IMG/VR virus record: IMGVR_UViG_3300027798_000194
Coordinates: 1 to 26,079 of that record
Direction: 5' to 3' (one strand)
Length of the DNA stretch: 26,079 nt
From: a virus
Lineage: Duplodnaviria; Caudoviricetes
The notes below the pieces were generated by a model that had not been told where the DNA came from, did not search any database, and saw only the letters and a program-made list of their open reading frames with translations. The position numbers and the translations under genes were made by a program. Below, piece after piece: positions 15,544 to 24,653 of the stretch (positions are counted from its first letter, which is position 1; every line of letters begins with the position of its first letter).

Positions 15544-16188
15544 ATGTCTGAAGAAATCCAAGCAACAACAGATGAAACGCAAAAAAGCATTGAAGCACTG
15601 GAACGCAAAAACCAAGAATTGATTGCTGAATTACGTGCCGCAAAAAAGGCACCAAAGTTGCCTGATGGTGTGGACATTGACGAACTGCTCGAATTTAAGC
15701 GCCAGGCCCAGCAAACCGAACTTGAATCCGCCGGTAAATATACCGAAGCAAGGCAAGCTTTGGAGCAGCAGTTCCGTGAGACGACGGCGCAAAAGGACCA
15801 GCGCCTTACTGAACTTGAAACCAGAATCAAAGACCTAGAACTTGTAGCACCAGCGATTCAAGCATTAGCTGATATCGTGCACGATCCAGATATGGTGTTA
15901 AAAAACAAACTAGGCAGCGATCAAATTGAACGCGAAGCCGATGGCACTGTTGTAGTAGTTAATGGATATCAGCGGACCCCAGTAGCAGAATGGGCAAAAA
16001 CTTTACCGGCATGGATGCAAAAGGCACCAAAACCACAAGGCAGCGGTGCACCATCAGGCGGAACACCAAGCAGCTTGCCTACAGGCGTTAAAAATCCATT
16101 TGCGCCGGAATCATTCAACCTGACGGAACAGGCGCGATTGTTTAAGACTGACCGCGATTTGTACGATCGCTTTAAAGCTAACCGCTAG
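15544..16188 (+). CDS. Capsid scaffolding protein
   Basis: Coiled-coil, GSGA linker, KNPF...FNLTEQARL C-terminus; directly before the capsid gene. Confidence 0.85.
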   Translation: MSEEIQATTDETQKSIEALERKNQELIAELRAAKKAPKLPDGVDIDELLEFKRQAQQTELESAGKYTEARQALEQQFRETTAQKDQRLTELETRIKDLELVAPAIQALADIVHDPDMVLKNKLGSDQIEREADGTVVVVNGYQRTPVAEWAKTLPAWMQKAPKPQGSGAPSGGTPSSLPTGVKNPFAPESFNLTEQARLFKTDRDLYDRFKANR

Positions 16189-16198
16189 AGTATCGACA

Positions 16199-16230
16199 AC
16201 CGGCTGCGCTGGTAATAGGGCTGCGCCCTA
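16199..16230 (+). promoter_or_regulatory. Twin hairpins in the capsid gene leader
   Basis: ACCGGC-TGC-GCTGGT and TAGGGC-TGC-GCCCTA, separated by AA, with identical GGCTGCGC core. Confidence 0.55.
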
Positions 16231-16257
16231 ACCTGTAAACCATTTCTAAGAGGACTA

Positions 16258-17277
16258 ATGGCAACTTTACGTTCTGATTTAATCATTCCGGAGATTTTTA
16301 CTCCGTATGTGATTGAGCAAACAACCCTGCGCGACGCATTTTTGTCGTCTGGTGTTGTACAACCAATGGCGGAATTGAACGCTACCGAAGGTGGCGACTA
16401 TATCAATGTTCCATTCTTCAAAGCTAACTTAACTGGCGACTTTGAAGTGCTTACTGATAGCTCTTCATTGACACCTGGCAAGATCACTGCTGATAAGCAG
16501 GTTGGTGTTGTATTGCACCGTGGACGCGCCTTTGAATCACGCGATCTTGCAGCTCTTGCTGCTGGCGCTGACCCGATGGCTGCTATTGGCGCAAAAGTGG
16601 CTGACTATGTAGCCAACCAACGTCAAAAAGATCTCATCAAGTGCCTTGAAGGTGTATTTGGCGGCTTGACTTCCAACACCGGCGCTGCATTTGCTGGATT
16701 ATCGCTTGATCTAAGCGGCATGACTGCACTTGGCCCCCGCCAATGTGCAAAAGCTCGCGCATTACTTGGTGATCAAGGCGACAAGTTGACTGCTGTGGCA
16801 ATGCACTCTGCGGTGTATTACGACCTCGTAGAACGCAAAGCCATTGATTACATCACCAACACAGAAGCACGTCTAAGCACTGCCGCTACTGGCGCTAGCA
16901 CCATTAACGCAATCGCCGGCAGCATCAGCGGTGCATATGAGAACCCAACAATTGCTCAATATATGGGAATGAGGGTAATTGTTTCAGATGATTTAGCACC
17001 TACCAGCACCAACTATCCGGTTTATTTTTTCACGGCTGGCGCAATTGGCAGCGGTGAGCAATTGGGGTTAAATACCGAGACTGATCGTGACATTCTGGCT
17101 AAGTCAGATGCCATGTCAATCGACCTGCACTATGTGTATCACCCGATTGGCGCTAAGTGGACAACTGGCACCGTTAACCCAACTCAAGCTCAGCTTGCCA
17201 CTATTGGCAACTGGTCAAAAGTGTATGAAACCAAAAACCTTGGTATCGTACGCGCCACTGTTACATCCAACTTCTGA
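16258..17277 (+). CDS. Major capsid protein (HK97 fold)
   Basis: T..SDLIIPEIF..YV, GG..IN.PFF, DPM.AI, MHSAVY..L, YMG.RVIVSD, ETDRD; 339 aa; AGAGGA upstream. Confidence 0.92.
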   Translation: MATLRSDLIIPEIFTPYVIEQTTLRDAFLSSGVVQPMAELNATEGGDYINVPFFKANLTGDFEVLTDSSSLTPGKITADKQVGVVLHRGRAFESRDLAALAAGADPMAAIGAKVADYVANQRQKDLIKCLEGVFGGLTSNTGAAFAGLSLDLSGMTALGPRQCAKARALLGDQGDKLTAVAMHSAVYYDLVERKAIDYITNTEARLSTAATGASTINAIAGSISGAYENPTIAQYMGMRVIVSDDLAPTSTNYPVYFFTAGAIGSGEQLGLNTETDRDILAKSDAMSIDLHYVYHPIGAKWTTGTVNPTQAQLATIGNWSKVYETKNLGIVRATVTSNF

Positions 17278-17288
17278 GGTAATTAGTC

Positions 17289-17696
17289 ATGCCATCTTCA
17301 ATTTTTGAGCTAACTTCTGACCTTGCTGTTCTTGAAGTAACAGCATCTAAGCGACCTTTGAAAGCTGCTACAGATGCAGCTACTACCTTGACTGCTGAGG
17401 AGTGCGTTGGCGGGATTGTAACCATGACCCCAACTGCGGGACGTGCACTTACAACCCCTACAGGCGCTGAACTTAAGACCCTCCTAGGAGGTCCACTTGA
17501 GATCGGCACCAGTTTTCAACTTAATGTTGTTAACGTTGCCGCCGCCACTCACGCAATCACATTAACTGCTGCTGCTTCTGGCATCACCCTTGGTGGTGTT
17601 GCTGGTATGGCGACAGTTGCTGCTGCTACTAGCGCCAGCTATGTGTTTGTTTGTACTGCTGTTGGCACTCCTGCTTTCACAGTATTTAGAGGCTGA
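17289..17696 (+). CDS. Putative capsid decoration / head fibre protein
   Basis: Ala/Thr-rich beta protein directly after the capsid gene; GAGGT upstream. Confidence 0.6.
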   Translation: MPSSIFELTSDLAVLEVTASKRPLKAATDAATTLTAEECVGGIVTMTPTAGRALTTPTGAELKTLLGGPLEIGTSFQLNVVNVAAATHAITLTAAASGITLGGVAGMATVAAATSASYVFVCTAVGTPAFTVFRG

Positions 17697-17884
17697 TGGG
17701 CATGTTCGCTTTCCGGCGAATGCGTGATCGTGAGGCTATCTCCCAGGAGGTGGCCTCATTTTCTATTGCGGAGCCTACACTAATACCAGATGAGGCTACT
17801 GATGGCAATCGTGATAGTGGCGACACCAAACGCCGCCGACGCAAACTCGTACATAACGCTGGCGAATGCCCAGTTGATAGTTGA
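17696..17884 (+). CDS. Hypothetical protein, 62 aa (MGMFAFRR...)
   Basis: TGATG coupling to the previous gene; fills the gap before 17802 but overlaps that gene by 83 nt. Confidence 0.5.
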   Translation: MGMFAFRRMRDREAISQEVASFSIAEPTLIPDEATDGNRDSGDTKRRRRKLVHNAGECPVDS

Positions 17885-18362
17885 CGGATTGGTGCAAGAC
17901 GCAGATATCACCGCATGGGGTTCTGCCACTACAGACGCCAAAAATCGTGCACTTTACACCGCAACACAACGATTAGATCGTGAGCGGTTCCTAGGTGCTA
18001 GGGCAACTGATACGCAGGCGTTGCAGTGGCCGCGTACTGGTGTGCGTAAACCTGACACGTACATCAACACCTATGCCGTTGGCTTTCCGTTTCGTATTAC
18101 CACTGATTATTTTGATGACAATGAAATCCCGCAGCAGGTGCAATATGCACAGGTGTTGCTTGCGGCATACCTAAACAACAACACCGACGGCATTGGGCTT
18201 AGTGGGCTAGAAGATTTTAAGAATGTCCAGATCGGTAGCCTTAACGTTACGCCAAACTTTAGCGGTGCAGTTGGTGCAGACAAAATACCGCCAATGGTTG
18301 AACGCTACCTAACAGGGCTTAGAATAAGCGGACCAGGCAACTTTGCAATTAAACGATCATGA
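17802..18362 (+). CDS. Head-tail adaptor (DnaT-like family)
   Basis: ANSY.T...A, AL..AT..LD, QALQWPR, IP..V..AQ motifs; ATG 17802 has GAGG upstream. Confidence 0.8.
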   Translation: MAIVIVATPNAADANSYITLANAQLIVDGLVQDADITAWGSATTDAKNRALYTATQRLDRERFLGARATDTQALQWPRTGVRKPDTYINTYAVGFPFRITTDYFDDNEIPQQVQYAQVLLAAYLNNNTDGIGLSGLEDFKNVQIGSLNVTPNFSGAVGADKIPPMVERYLTGLRISGPGNFAIKRS

Positions 18363-18583
18363 GCGAATATCCAGGCGCTGAGTTTATCGATGATACTGCC
18401 GCTCATACCGGCAGGTTTGGCGAGATTGTGGCATTAGAAGATTCAGTGATTGCAAGTGTTACGGCGCTGGATTACACCGGTAATGCACTGACAGCAATTC
18501 CAATCAAGGCATCCTGTGAGATGTGTGGCGTATTCACCTCTATCACGCTCACCAGCGGCACCGTTATCGCGTACAAGATATGA
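18359..18583 (+). CDS. Small beta-rich virion protein, paralog A
   Basis: DTAAHTGRF...GVFTSITL.SG..IAYKI; ATGA couplings. Confidence 0.75.
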   Translation: MSEYPGAEFIDDTAAHTGRFGEIVALEDSVIASVTALDYTGNALTAIPIKASCEMCGVFTSITLTSGTVIAYKI

Positions 18584-18834
18584 GCTTCAAAGGCCACCAA
18601 GGCGGCGATGTTGACTACACGCTCGGCGGTGAGGTTATTACTGATACTGCCGCTCATACTGGTAGGTTTAACCATATTGATTTTTTTGAAAACACTCATA
18701 TTGATACAATTATTAGCACTAACATGACTGGCAATACGTTAAACGGTGAGACATTCCCGGCAGGTTCTGAAATCCGTGGTGTATTCACTAGCATTAAATT
18801 GCAAAATGGCGCTTGCATCGCGTATAAGATATGA
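18580..18834 (+). CDS. Small beta-rich virion protein, paralog B
   Basis: Starts MSFKGHQGG at ATGA overlap; DTAAHTGRF...GVFTSIKL.NG..IAYKI. Confidence 0.75.
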   Translation: MSFKGHQGGDVDYTLGGEVITDTAAHTGRFNHIDFFENTHIDTIISTNMTGNTLNGETFPAGSEIRGVFTSIKLQNGACIAYKI

Positions 18835-19187
18835 GCCTTTCAAGCCCGCTGCGTAAGGTCGCTAGCAAGTTAATGGCTAAGTTTGGCGGTGTGGCAACTA
18901 TCCGCCGCATAACAGTAGGCGCATATGATCCCGCTACTGGCAGTGCAGCCGAAACTGCTGTTGATACCGCAGTGCGTGGTGTATTAGAAGATGTAAACAT
19001 ACGTGAAGTGAATGACCTAATCCAGGCTGGTGATAAGCGGTTAACGATTGCCGCAGCAGATGTTGCAAATGCACCAATCACAGCCGATAAAGTGCTAATT
19101 GCATCAGTAGTGCATCAAATAATCAAGGTTGCGACCACTGAGCAAGACAACACGGCGATAACCTATGAGTTAATCTTGAGGGCATAA
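18831..19187 (+). CDS. Head closure / head-tail joining protein
   Basis: L..KFG, G.YDP.TG, LIQAGD; 118 aa; position. Confidence 0.75.
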   Translation: MSLSSPLRKVASKLMAKFGGVATIRRITVGAYDPATGSAAETAVDTAVRGVLEDVNIREVNDLIQAGDKRLTIAAADVANAPITADKVLIASVVHQIIKVATTEQDNTAITYELILRA

Positions 19188-19627
19188 TGGCACGACGTAT
19201 AGCCCTGTCTCAGATTGGTGACTACTCCAGAGATAAATACGAGAAGTTATTACGTGCAGTGGTATTTGAAACAGATAAGCAACTGAAAGAAGGCAGCCCA
19301 GTAGATACTGGTAGATTACGCCTTTCATGGTCAATTAGCGAAAACGATGCTCCTGGTTATGACCCTGGCCCGCAAACTACCGCTTCAGGCATTACACCAC
19401 CGCGAAGGTTAAACTACGGCACTGAACGCGCAGGCAATGTTTACCACATCCATACAAATATAGAATATGCTTTGCCAGTGCTTTATGGCGAAAGTTTACC
19501 GCCATCATGGAACGGCACTTGGAGATCAAGAAATAATCAAATTGTGAAAGGTTATCCTGATTTGGTAGCTCGTAATATGACAGCATGGGCTAGGCGTGTG
19601 GCAGATCAAATCGGAAGGCAAGACTAA
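19187..19627 (+). CDS. HK97 gp10-like neck/tail completion protein
   Basis: SPVDTGRLR.SW and N.EYA motifs. Confidence 0.8.
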   Translation: MARRIALSQIGDYSRDKYEKLLRAVVFETDKQLKEGSPVDTGRLRLSWSISENDAPGYDPGPQTTASGITPPRRLNYGTERAGNVYHIHTNIEYALPVLYGESLPPSWNGTWRSRNNQIVKGYPDLVARNMTAWARRVADQIGRQD

Positions 19628-20118
19628 TGGCGGCTGCTAACCTCAACACTATCCGCGCCACGATTGAGCAATTGCTGGCTAATGAATTTAATAGTTTATT
19701 TGATTCTATCCCTAGCATTGATGCAATTGTAAGCATTGATGATTCCAACGACCCAGGACTGCCAACTGTGTATCCAGTAGTTTTTAATAATGTGCCATAT
19801 GCGCCGACACCTAACAGTACTTGGGTTCAATGCCAATTGAATTTTGGCAACAATAATTACCTCACGATGGGAGGCGCTACCGGCGTTAGCAACAGCATCA
19901 TCGGCATTATTTTGGTAAATATATTCACGCCAAAAGGCGCTGGCGCTGGCGCTAATTTTACGATTGGCAAGCGTGTTAGGGATGTCTATAATAGAAGCAC
20001 GGTATCGGGAGTTATTTTCGATGCACCAACCGGCCCAGAGGTAATGGCACCGCCATCCCCCGAGGGGTATTTTCAAACACAGGTTCGTTTAACCTTTGAA
20101 ACCTTCGAGGATCTTTAG
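19627..20118 (+). CDS. Tail terminator protein
   Basis: G....NIFTPKG.G, YFQ..V...F; position before the tail tube genes. Confidence 0.7.
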   Translation: MAAANLNTIRATIEQLLANEFNSLFDSIPSIDAIVSIDDSNDPGLPTVYPVVFNNVPYAPTPNSTWVQCQLNFGNNNYLTMGGATGVSNSIIGIILVNIFTPKGAGAGANFTIGKRVRDVYNRSTVSGVIFDAPTGPEVMAPPSPEGYFQTQVRLTFETFEDL

Positions 20119-20120
20119 CT

Positions 20121-20537
20121 ATGGCCTTTTTTCGCGGTGAACAGGGATCTGTCAAATTTGACGATGCCGGTGTTTCTGCTGCTGCAATTACCTCTACCCG
20201 GTCATGGTCGATGACTGTAGAAAAAGACGTGCTTGAGACCACATCACTCGGCGCGACTTACAAAGCAAATGTTGGCGGCTTGATCGCAGGCTCTGGCACT
20301 GTTGAAGTGCTGTATACCGCGAGCAGTTCCGACGAAACTAATGTTTTCATTGAAGCGGCTAATACTGCAACTGATGCAGGCATTGCATCGTTTGAATTAT
20401 TCCTAGATACAACCGGCACTAAAAAGATTACTTTTGTTGGTTTGATTACTTCTGCTGAATATTCAGCTACAGTTGGAGAACTTGAAGTTATCACTTGTAA
20501 CTTTGTTACGAGTGGTGCCATCACTCTGAGCATTTAA
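20121..20537 (+). CDS. Major tail tube protein, paralog 1
   Basis: RSWSM....D.LETT..G......GGL...G..E pattern; GAGGA upstream. Confidence 0.8.
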   Translation: MAFFRGEQGSVKFDDAGVSAAAITSTRSWSMTVEKDVLETTSLGATYKANVGGLIAGSGTVEVLYTASSSDETNVFIEAANTATDAGIASFELFLDTTGTKKITFVGLITSAEYSATVGELEVITCNFVTSGAITLSI

Positions 20538-20539
20538 TC

Positions 20540-20959
20540 ATGGCCTTTTTTCGCGGTGAACAGGGTACAGTCTTTTTTGATAAAGACTCCAGCGGCGGTA
20601 TGCTTGAAATCGCTGCTGTGCGATCATGGTCGATGACTGTAGAAAAGGATGTACTTGAAACTACATCTCAAGGTGCAACCTATAAGGCTAATGTCGGCGG
20701 ATTAATCGCAGGCACTGGCAGCATGGAAATAATGTATGACGCGCCTAGCGCCGGCGACAAGCTTGATCTAATCAAAGATATCAATACTGCAACCGATGAA
20801 GGTAACGCATCGGTAGAGCTTTATCTGGACGAATCAGGCGGTAAAAAAATTGTTGGTTTAATTGTTATTACTTCTACTGAATATAGTGCTACCGTAGGGG
20901 AGCTTGAAGTGGTGACCGTTAGCTTCACCATGAATGGATCTATCACCCTGAGCATCTGA
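20540..20959 (+). CDS. Major tail tube protein, paralog 2
   Basis: About 63% identical to paralog 1 by manual alignment. Confidence 0.8.
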   Translation: MAFFRGEQGTVFFDKDSSGGMLEIAAVRSWSMTVEKDVLETTSQGATYKANVGGLIAGTGSMEIMYDAPSAGDKLDLIKDINTATDEGNASVELYLDESGGKKIVGLIVITSTEYSATVGELEVVTVSFTMNGSITLSI

Positions 20960-20964
20960 TAACA

Positions 20965-21321
20965 ATGGCATCCACACCACGCACCGTTGATATTCTCACC
21001 GGTGCTTTTGATCTAAATCAACGGCGCCGGTTTGATGTAAAAAACAATGATGGCGCAAAAGTGCTATCTTTATTTTTTAAACCAATCACAAGAGCAGATC
21101 GTAAACGTGCAACTAACTTAGCAAATTCTGAAGAAGCACTAGAAGTTAGCACTCAAATGCTATGCCTTGTGGCTGAATTAGAAGATGGCACTAAAGCATT
21201 TGCTGCGGCAGATGCAGCTAAACTACAACGTGAATTGCCAGAAACTGTGCTTAATGATATAGAATTATTCCTGTTTGGTATAGGTGAAGCCGGAACGATT
21301 GAAGAAGCAAAAAAAGATTAG
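20965..21321 (+). CDS. Tail assembly chaperone (lambda gpG analogue)
   Basis: Between tail tube and tape measure; ends EEAKKD over a slippery site. Confidence 0.8.
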   Translation: MASTPRTVDILTGAFDLNQRRRFDVKNNDGAKVLSLFFKPITRADRKRATNLANSEEALEVSTQMLCLVAELEDGTKAFAAADAAKLQRELPETVLNDIELFLFGIGEAGTIEEAKKD

Positions 21322-21494
21322 AGGCTGACAATTGGCTTTATTTTGAATTTTTCTTAGCTACGGAACTAGGAAAAACAATAAGCCAGTTGCGGCAGGAATT
21401 AACAGATGCAGAATTTATACATTTTGCAGCATATTACGAGCTAAAAGGCAAACGTGAGCGCGAAGAAATGGAAAAAGCAAAAAATCGCCGGTAG
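21309..21494 (+). CDS. -1 frameshift extension of tail chaperone (lambda gpT analogue)
   Basis: Slippery A AAA AAA G at 21309-21316; -1 frame KKRLEADNWLYFEFFLATELGKTISQLRQELTDAEFIHFAAYYELK...RR* has no early ATG. Confidence 0.8.
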   Translation, partial: KKRLEADNWLYFEFFLATELGKTISQLRQELTDAEFIHFAAYYELKGKREREEMEKAKNRR

Positions 21495-21519
21495 ACTGTA
21501 CACGTAGGGAGTCGCTGCT

Positions 21520-24309
21520 ATGGCTGTTTCGGTTGTCGATATTCAGGTAAACAGCAGCGGTGCTGTCCGCAGCCTGCAACAGCTTAATGTAGCGGCTAAA
21601 GGAGTAACGTCAACGATCGGATCACTTGCGGCAGCACTTGGCGCTGGATTTGCATTACAGCAAGTAATACGAACAGCATCTGAATTTGAGTCAACATTAA
21701 GCGATATAGGCAAAACAGCAGGATCAAGCCAAAAAGATATCTCAAAGCTTGCGGATAGTCTTAAGCAATTATCAATGCCAAGCAGAACGAATTTAGCCCC
21801 GTCAGTATTAGCCAAAGGAGTACAAGATTTAGTAGCACAAGGTTTAAAATTAGATGATGCTGTTGCGTCAATAGAGACATTAGGTAAAGTTGCTGTTGCT
21901 ACAAATTCAGAACTAACTGATGTAACCAAAACAGGGTTTCAATTACAAAGCGCATTAAAAATTAAACCAACTGAATTAAAAGCAACTTTTGATGCGTTGG
22001 CATTTGCAGGTAAAGCAGGTGCATTTGAGCTAAAAGACATGGCTCAATTCATGCCAACGATTGCATCGGCAGCAGCATCCCTAGGCATCCAAGGCAAAGA
22101 TGGAGCGGTTGCGCTTGCGTCAATGATGCAAATGGTGCGCAAAGATGCGCCAGGCGCTGCTGAAGCCTCAACACGGCTAACAGACGCCTTGCTTAAAATG
22201 ACAGCGCCAGAATCTGTTAAAAACTTTAAAAAGTTTGGCGTAGATATTGAAGCAGTTTTAAAAAATGCTGTAAAAAATGGCGTTAACCCAATGGATGCAG
22301 CAATAAAAGAATTAATACGTGTTACAGGTAATGATCCGTTTAAGCTATCTCAAATATTTGGCGATAAAGAAGCTAAATTAGCTTTGATGTCATTAATGAA
22401 ATATAAAGACGAATATGAGAAACTAAAAGCATTAGCGGGCGGCACTGCGGCATCAGGAACAATCCAAGCTGACTTTGATAAATCTTTAAAAACGTTTGAC
22501 CAGCAATTCAAAAGTTTAACAAATGCAGGTGAGATATTAGCATTAAGCTTAGGCAACACATTGATGCCTGTACTCACTGCATTAATAAAAGAAATTACCC
22601 CAATTGTAAGTGGCATTAGCAACTTAGTGCAAGGCATGGGGCAGATACCGAAGCCAGTAATTGATGCTGCAATCCAAGTCGGCAAGTTAATATTACAAGT
22701 GACTTTAGTTAGCAAAGCAATAGGGATTGCGACAGGAGCAGCCGCATTGCTAAGAGGTGCATTTGTTTTGTTAAATACACAAGTATTACTGTCGGCATCG
22801 GCTGCTATGACAGGAAATGCAAAAATGCTACTTCTTGCTGGTGGGATGAATACAGCGGCATCAAGAGCAGCAATTTTAAGAGGTGTGCTAACAGGACTAG
22901 CAGTAATCGGTATTATCACTGTTGGGATCAATTTAGTTACCACAGGATTGGGCGAATTTATTGCAGCGCAAAACGAGATCAATAGATTAAGAGGTTTGCG
23001 CCAAGGGGGCGGTGTCCAATTGGTTGGCGGCCCAACTCAAACACGCGAAAATGTAATCAAAAAACAGGAAACAGCAAAACAAACAATAGTTCAAACAACA
23101 CAACAAAAGAAAGAAGCACAGAAATTTGATCCGATTAGTTTTTTCTTGGGCGGATTAGCGCCTTTAGTTGGAGGCAAATCGCAAATTCAAAAAACAGATG
23201 CGTTTAGAATAGCAAACGAAAAACAACTTAATGCTCAAGCAATACTAGGATTAAGCCCATCAGCGTTTGCACCAGCTAAACCTGTCAAGCCAGAGGTGCC
23301 AATCACTACAGGCGGTGGTGGCGTCACGCCAGAAGGCGGCGGTGGTAAAGAGCCTACAGAAAAGAAAGTAAAAGCGTTGAAAGAAATTGTTGATATTAGC
23401 AAACAAGAGGCAACGCTCCAATCGCAACTTATTCTTTACACAGCTCAAGAAGATAAATATGCGCAAGCATTATTGACGAAAGAGCTTGCAATATATGAAG
23501 CTAAAAATTCGCAACTTGGCGCTAATACAAAAAAAGTCGCAATGTTTAAGGCCGAAGTTGATTACACTAAAACGATTAATGATTTAGAAAAAGAAAAGAC
23601 AGATAAATTAAAATCACAAAATGAACTTAATTTGCAAAAAATGCAGCCTCTACAAGATGAACTTGACATTATGCAAGCACGTCTTAGGGGTAACGAAGCA
23701 GAAGTAATACTTAAACAACAGCTTAGAGATATTATGATTGGCACTGCTGGCTTAGATGCGCAAGAAGTTACGAATACATTAAAAAAAATTGATGCGCTTA
23801 AGCAACAGTTAACAGCCGCACAAGAATTAAAAGGGCTTTATAGCGATATTGGGATGTCAATTAAATCTGGTGTTATTGATGCGATACAAGGCGCAATCGA
23901 CGGGACTAAAAGTTTGCAGCAAGTCGCAACTGATCTATTAAAGAAAATCGGTGATAAGTTGTTAGATGTTGCTGTAAATATGGCTTTATTCGGTAGCATG
24001 AGCGGCACCGGCACCGGCGGCGGGTTGCTTGGCGGATTGTTTAAGCGTGCTAAAGGCGGTAGCGTCACAGGCGGCAGCCCTTACATCGTAGGCGAGCGTG
24101 GCCCTGAGTTGTTCATGCCAGGGCGTAGTGGCGGTATAGCGCCAGCAGGATCATTCGGCGGTGGCACTAACGTAGTTGTTAATGTAGATGCAACCGGTAG
24201 TAACGTGCAAGGCGACGATCAAAGCAGCAAGCAACTTGGTGTACTGCTGGCAGCAGCAGTGCAAAAAGAACTAATTAAACAAAAACGTCCTGGAGGTATT
24301 CTTGCATAA
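21520..24309 (+). CDS. Tape measure protein
   Basis: 929 aa, Ala/Gly-rich helical, TP901-like core (AGKAGAFELKDMA), C-terminal GG.V......VGERGPELF. Confidence 0.93.
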   Translation: MAVSVVDIQVNSSGAVRSLQQLNVAAKGVTSTIGSLAAALGAGFALQQVIRTASEFESTLSDIGKTAGSSQKDISKLADSLKQLSMPSRTNLAPSVLAKGVQDLVAQGLKLDDAVASIETLGKVAVATNSELTDVTKTGFQLQSALKIKPTELKATFDALAFAGKAGAFELKDMAQFMPTIASAAASLGIQGKDGAVALASMMQMVRKDAPGAAEASTRLTDALLKMTAPESVKNFKKFGVDIEAVLKNAVKNGVNPMDAAIKELIRVTGNDPFKLSQIFGDKEAKLALMSLMKYKDEYEKLKALAGGTAASGTIQADFDKSLKTFDQQFKSLTNAGEILALSLGNTLMPVLTALIKEITPIVSGISNLVQGMGQIPKPVIDAAIQVGKLILQVTLVSKAIGIATGAAALLRGAFVLLNTQVLLSASAAMTGNAKMLLLAGGMNTAASRAAILRGVLTGLAVIGIITVGINLVTTGLGEFIAAQNEINRLRGLRQGGGVQLVGGPTQTRENVIKKQETAKQTIVQTTQQKKEAQKFDPISFFLGGLAPLVGGKSQIQKTDAFRIANEKQLNAQAILGLSPSAFAPAKPVKPEVPITTGGGGVTPEGGGGKEPTEKKVKALKEIVDISKQEATLQSQLILYTAQEDKYAQALLTKELAIYEAKNSQLGANTKKVAMFKAEVDYTKTINDLEKEKTDKLKSQNELNLQKMQPLQDELDIMQARLRGNEAEVILKQQLRDIMIGTAGLDAQEVTNTLKKIDALKQQLTAAQELKGLYSDIGMSIKSGVIDAIQGAIDGTKSLQQVATDLLKKIGDKLLDVAVNMALFGSMSGTGTGGGLLGGLFKRAKGGSVTGGSPYIVGERGPELFMPGRSGGIAPAGSFGGGTNVVVNVDATGSNVQGDDQSSKQLGVLLAAAVQKELIKQKRPGGILA

Positions 24310-24653
24310 TGGCTACTTTCCCCAACATTACGCCAAGCTATGGCGCACAAAAAAACAGCAATCCTAAATTAAGAGTAGTAGCTTTTGGCGATGGTTACGA
24401 AAACCGGTTTACATTTGGATTAAATCAAAATCCAAAACAATGGTCATTATCTTGGGATAATATTACAGAAGCTAACGCTGATACGATTGAAACATTTTTA
24501 GATGCACGCGCAACTGATGGCGCTAGCTTTGATTGGACGGGACCAGGTGAACCAAGCGCTTATAAGTTTGTTTGCGCTGAATGGAACAAGACTATACCTT
24601 ACACTGGTCGCGCTAATATCCAAGCAACTTTTAGACAAGTATTTGAGCCATGA
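24309..24653 (+). CDS. Minor tail protein, lambda gpM-like
   Basis: FGDGYE.R...GLN, FL....G..F.W, A.F.QVFEP. Confidence 0.88.
   Translation: MATFPNITPSYGAQKNSNPKLRVVAFGDGYENRFTFGLNQNPKQWSLSWDNITEANADTIETFLDARATDGASFDWTGPGEPSAYKFVCAEWNKTIPYTGRANIQATFRQVFEP

Noticed and set aside
9939-15546. Genome-wide amber recoding, since TAG stops at 9939 and 15511 are also in frame and open to the next gene
   Set aside because: No conserved gene needs an internal TAG; terminase and others end at natural C-termini; no tRNA seen. Shows in-frame junctions arise by chance, a caveat for the pseudoknot readthrough idea
21543-24068. Antisense ORFs within the tape measure gene (up to 210 aa) and similar shadow ORFs elsewhere
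   Set aside because: Fully nested opposite well-supported genes, no motifs or start signals
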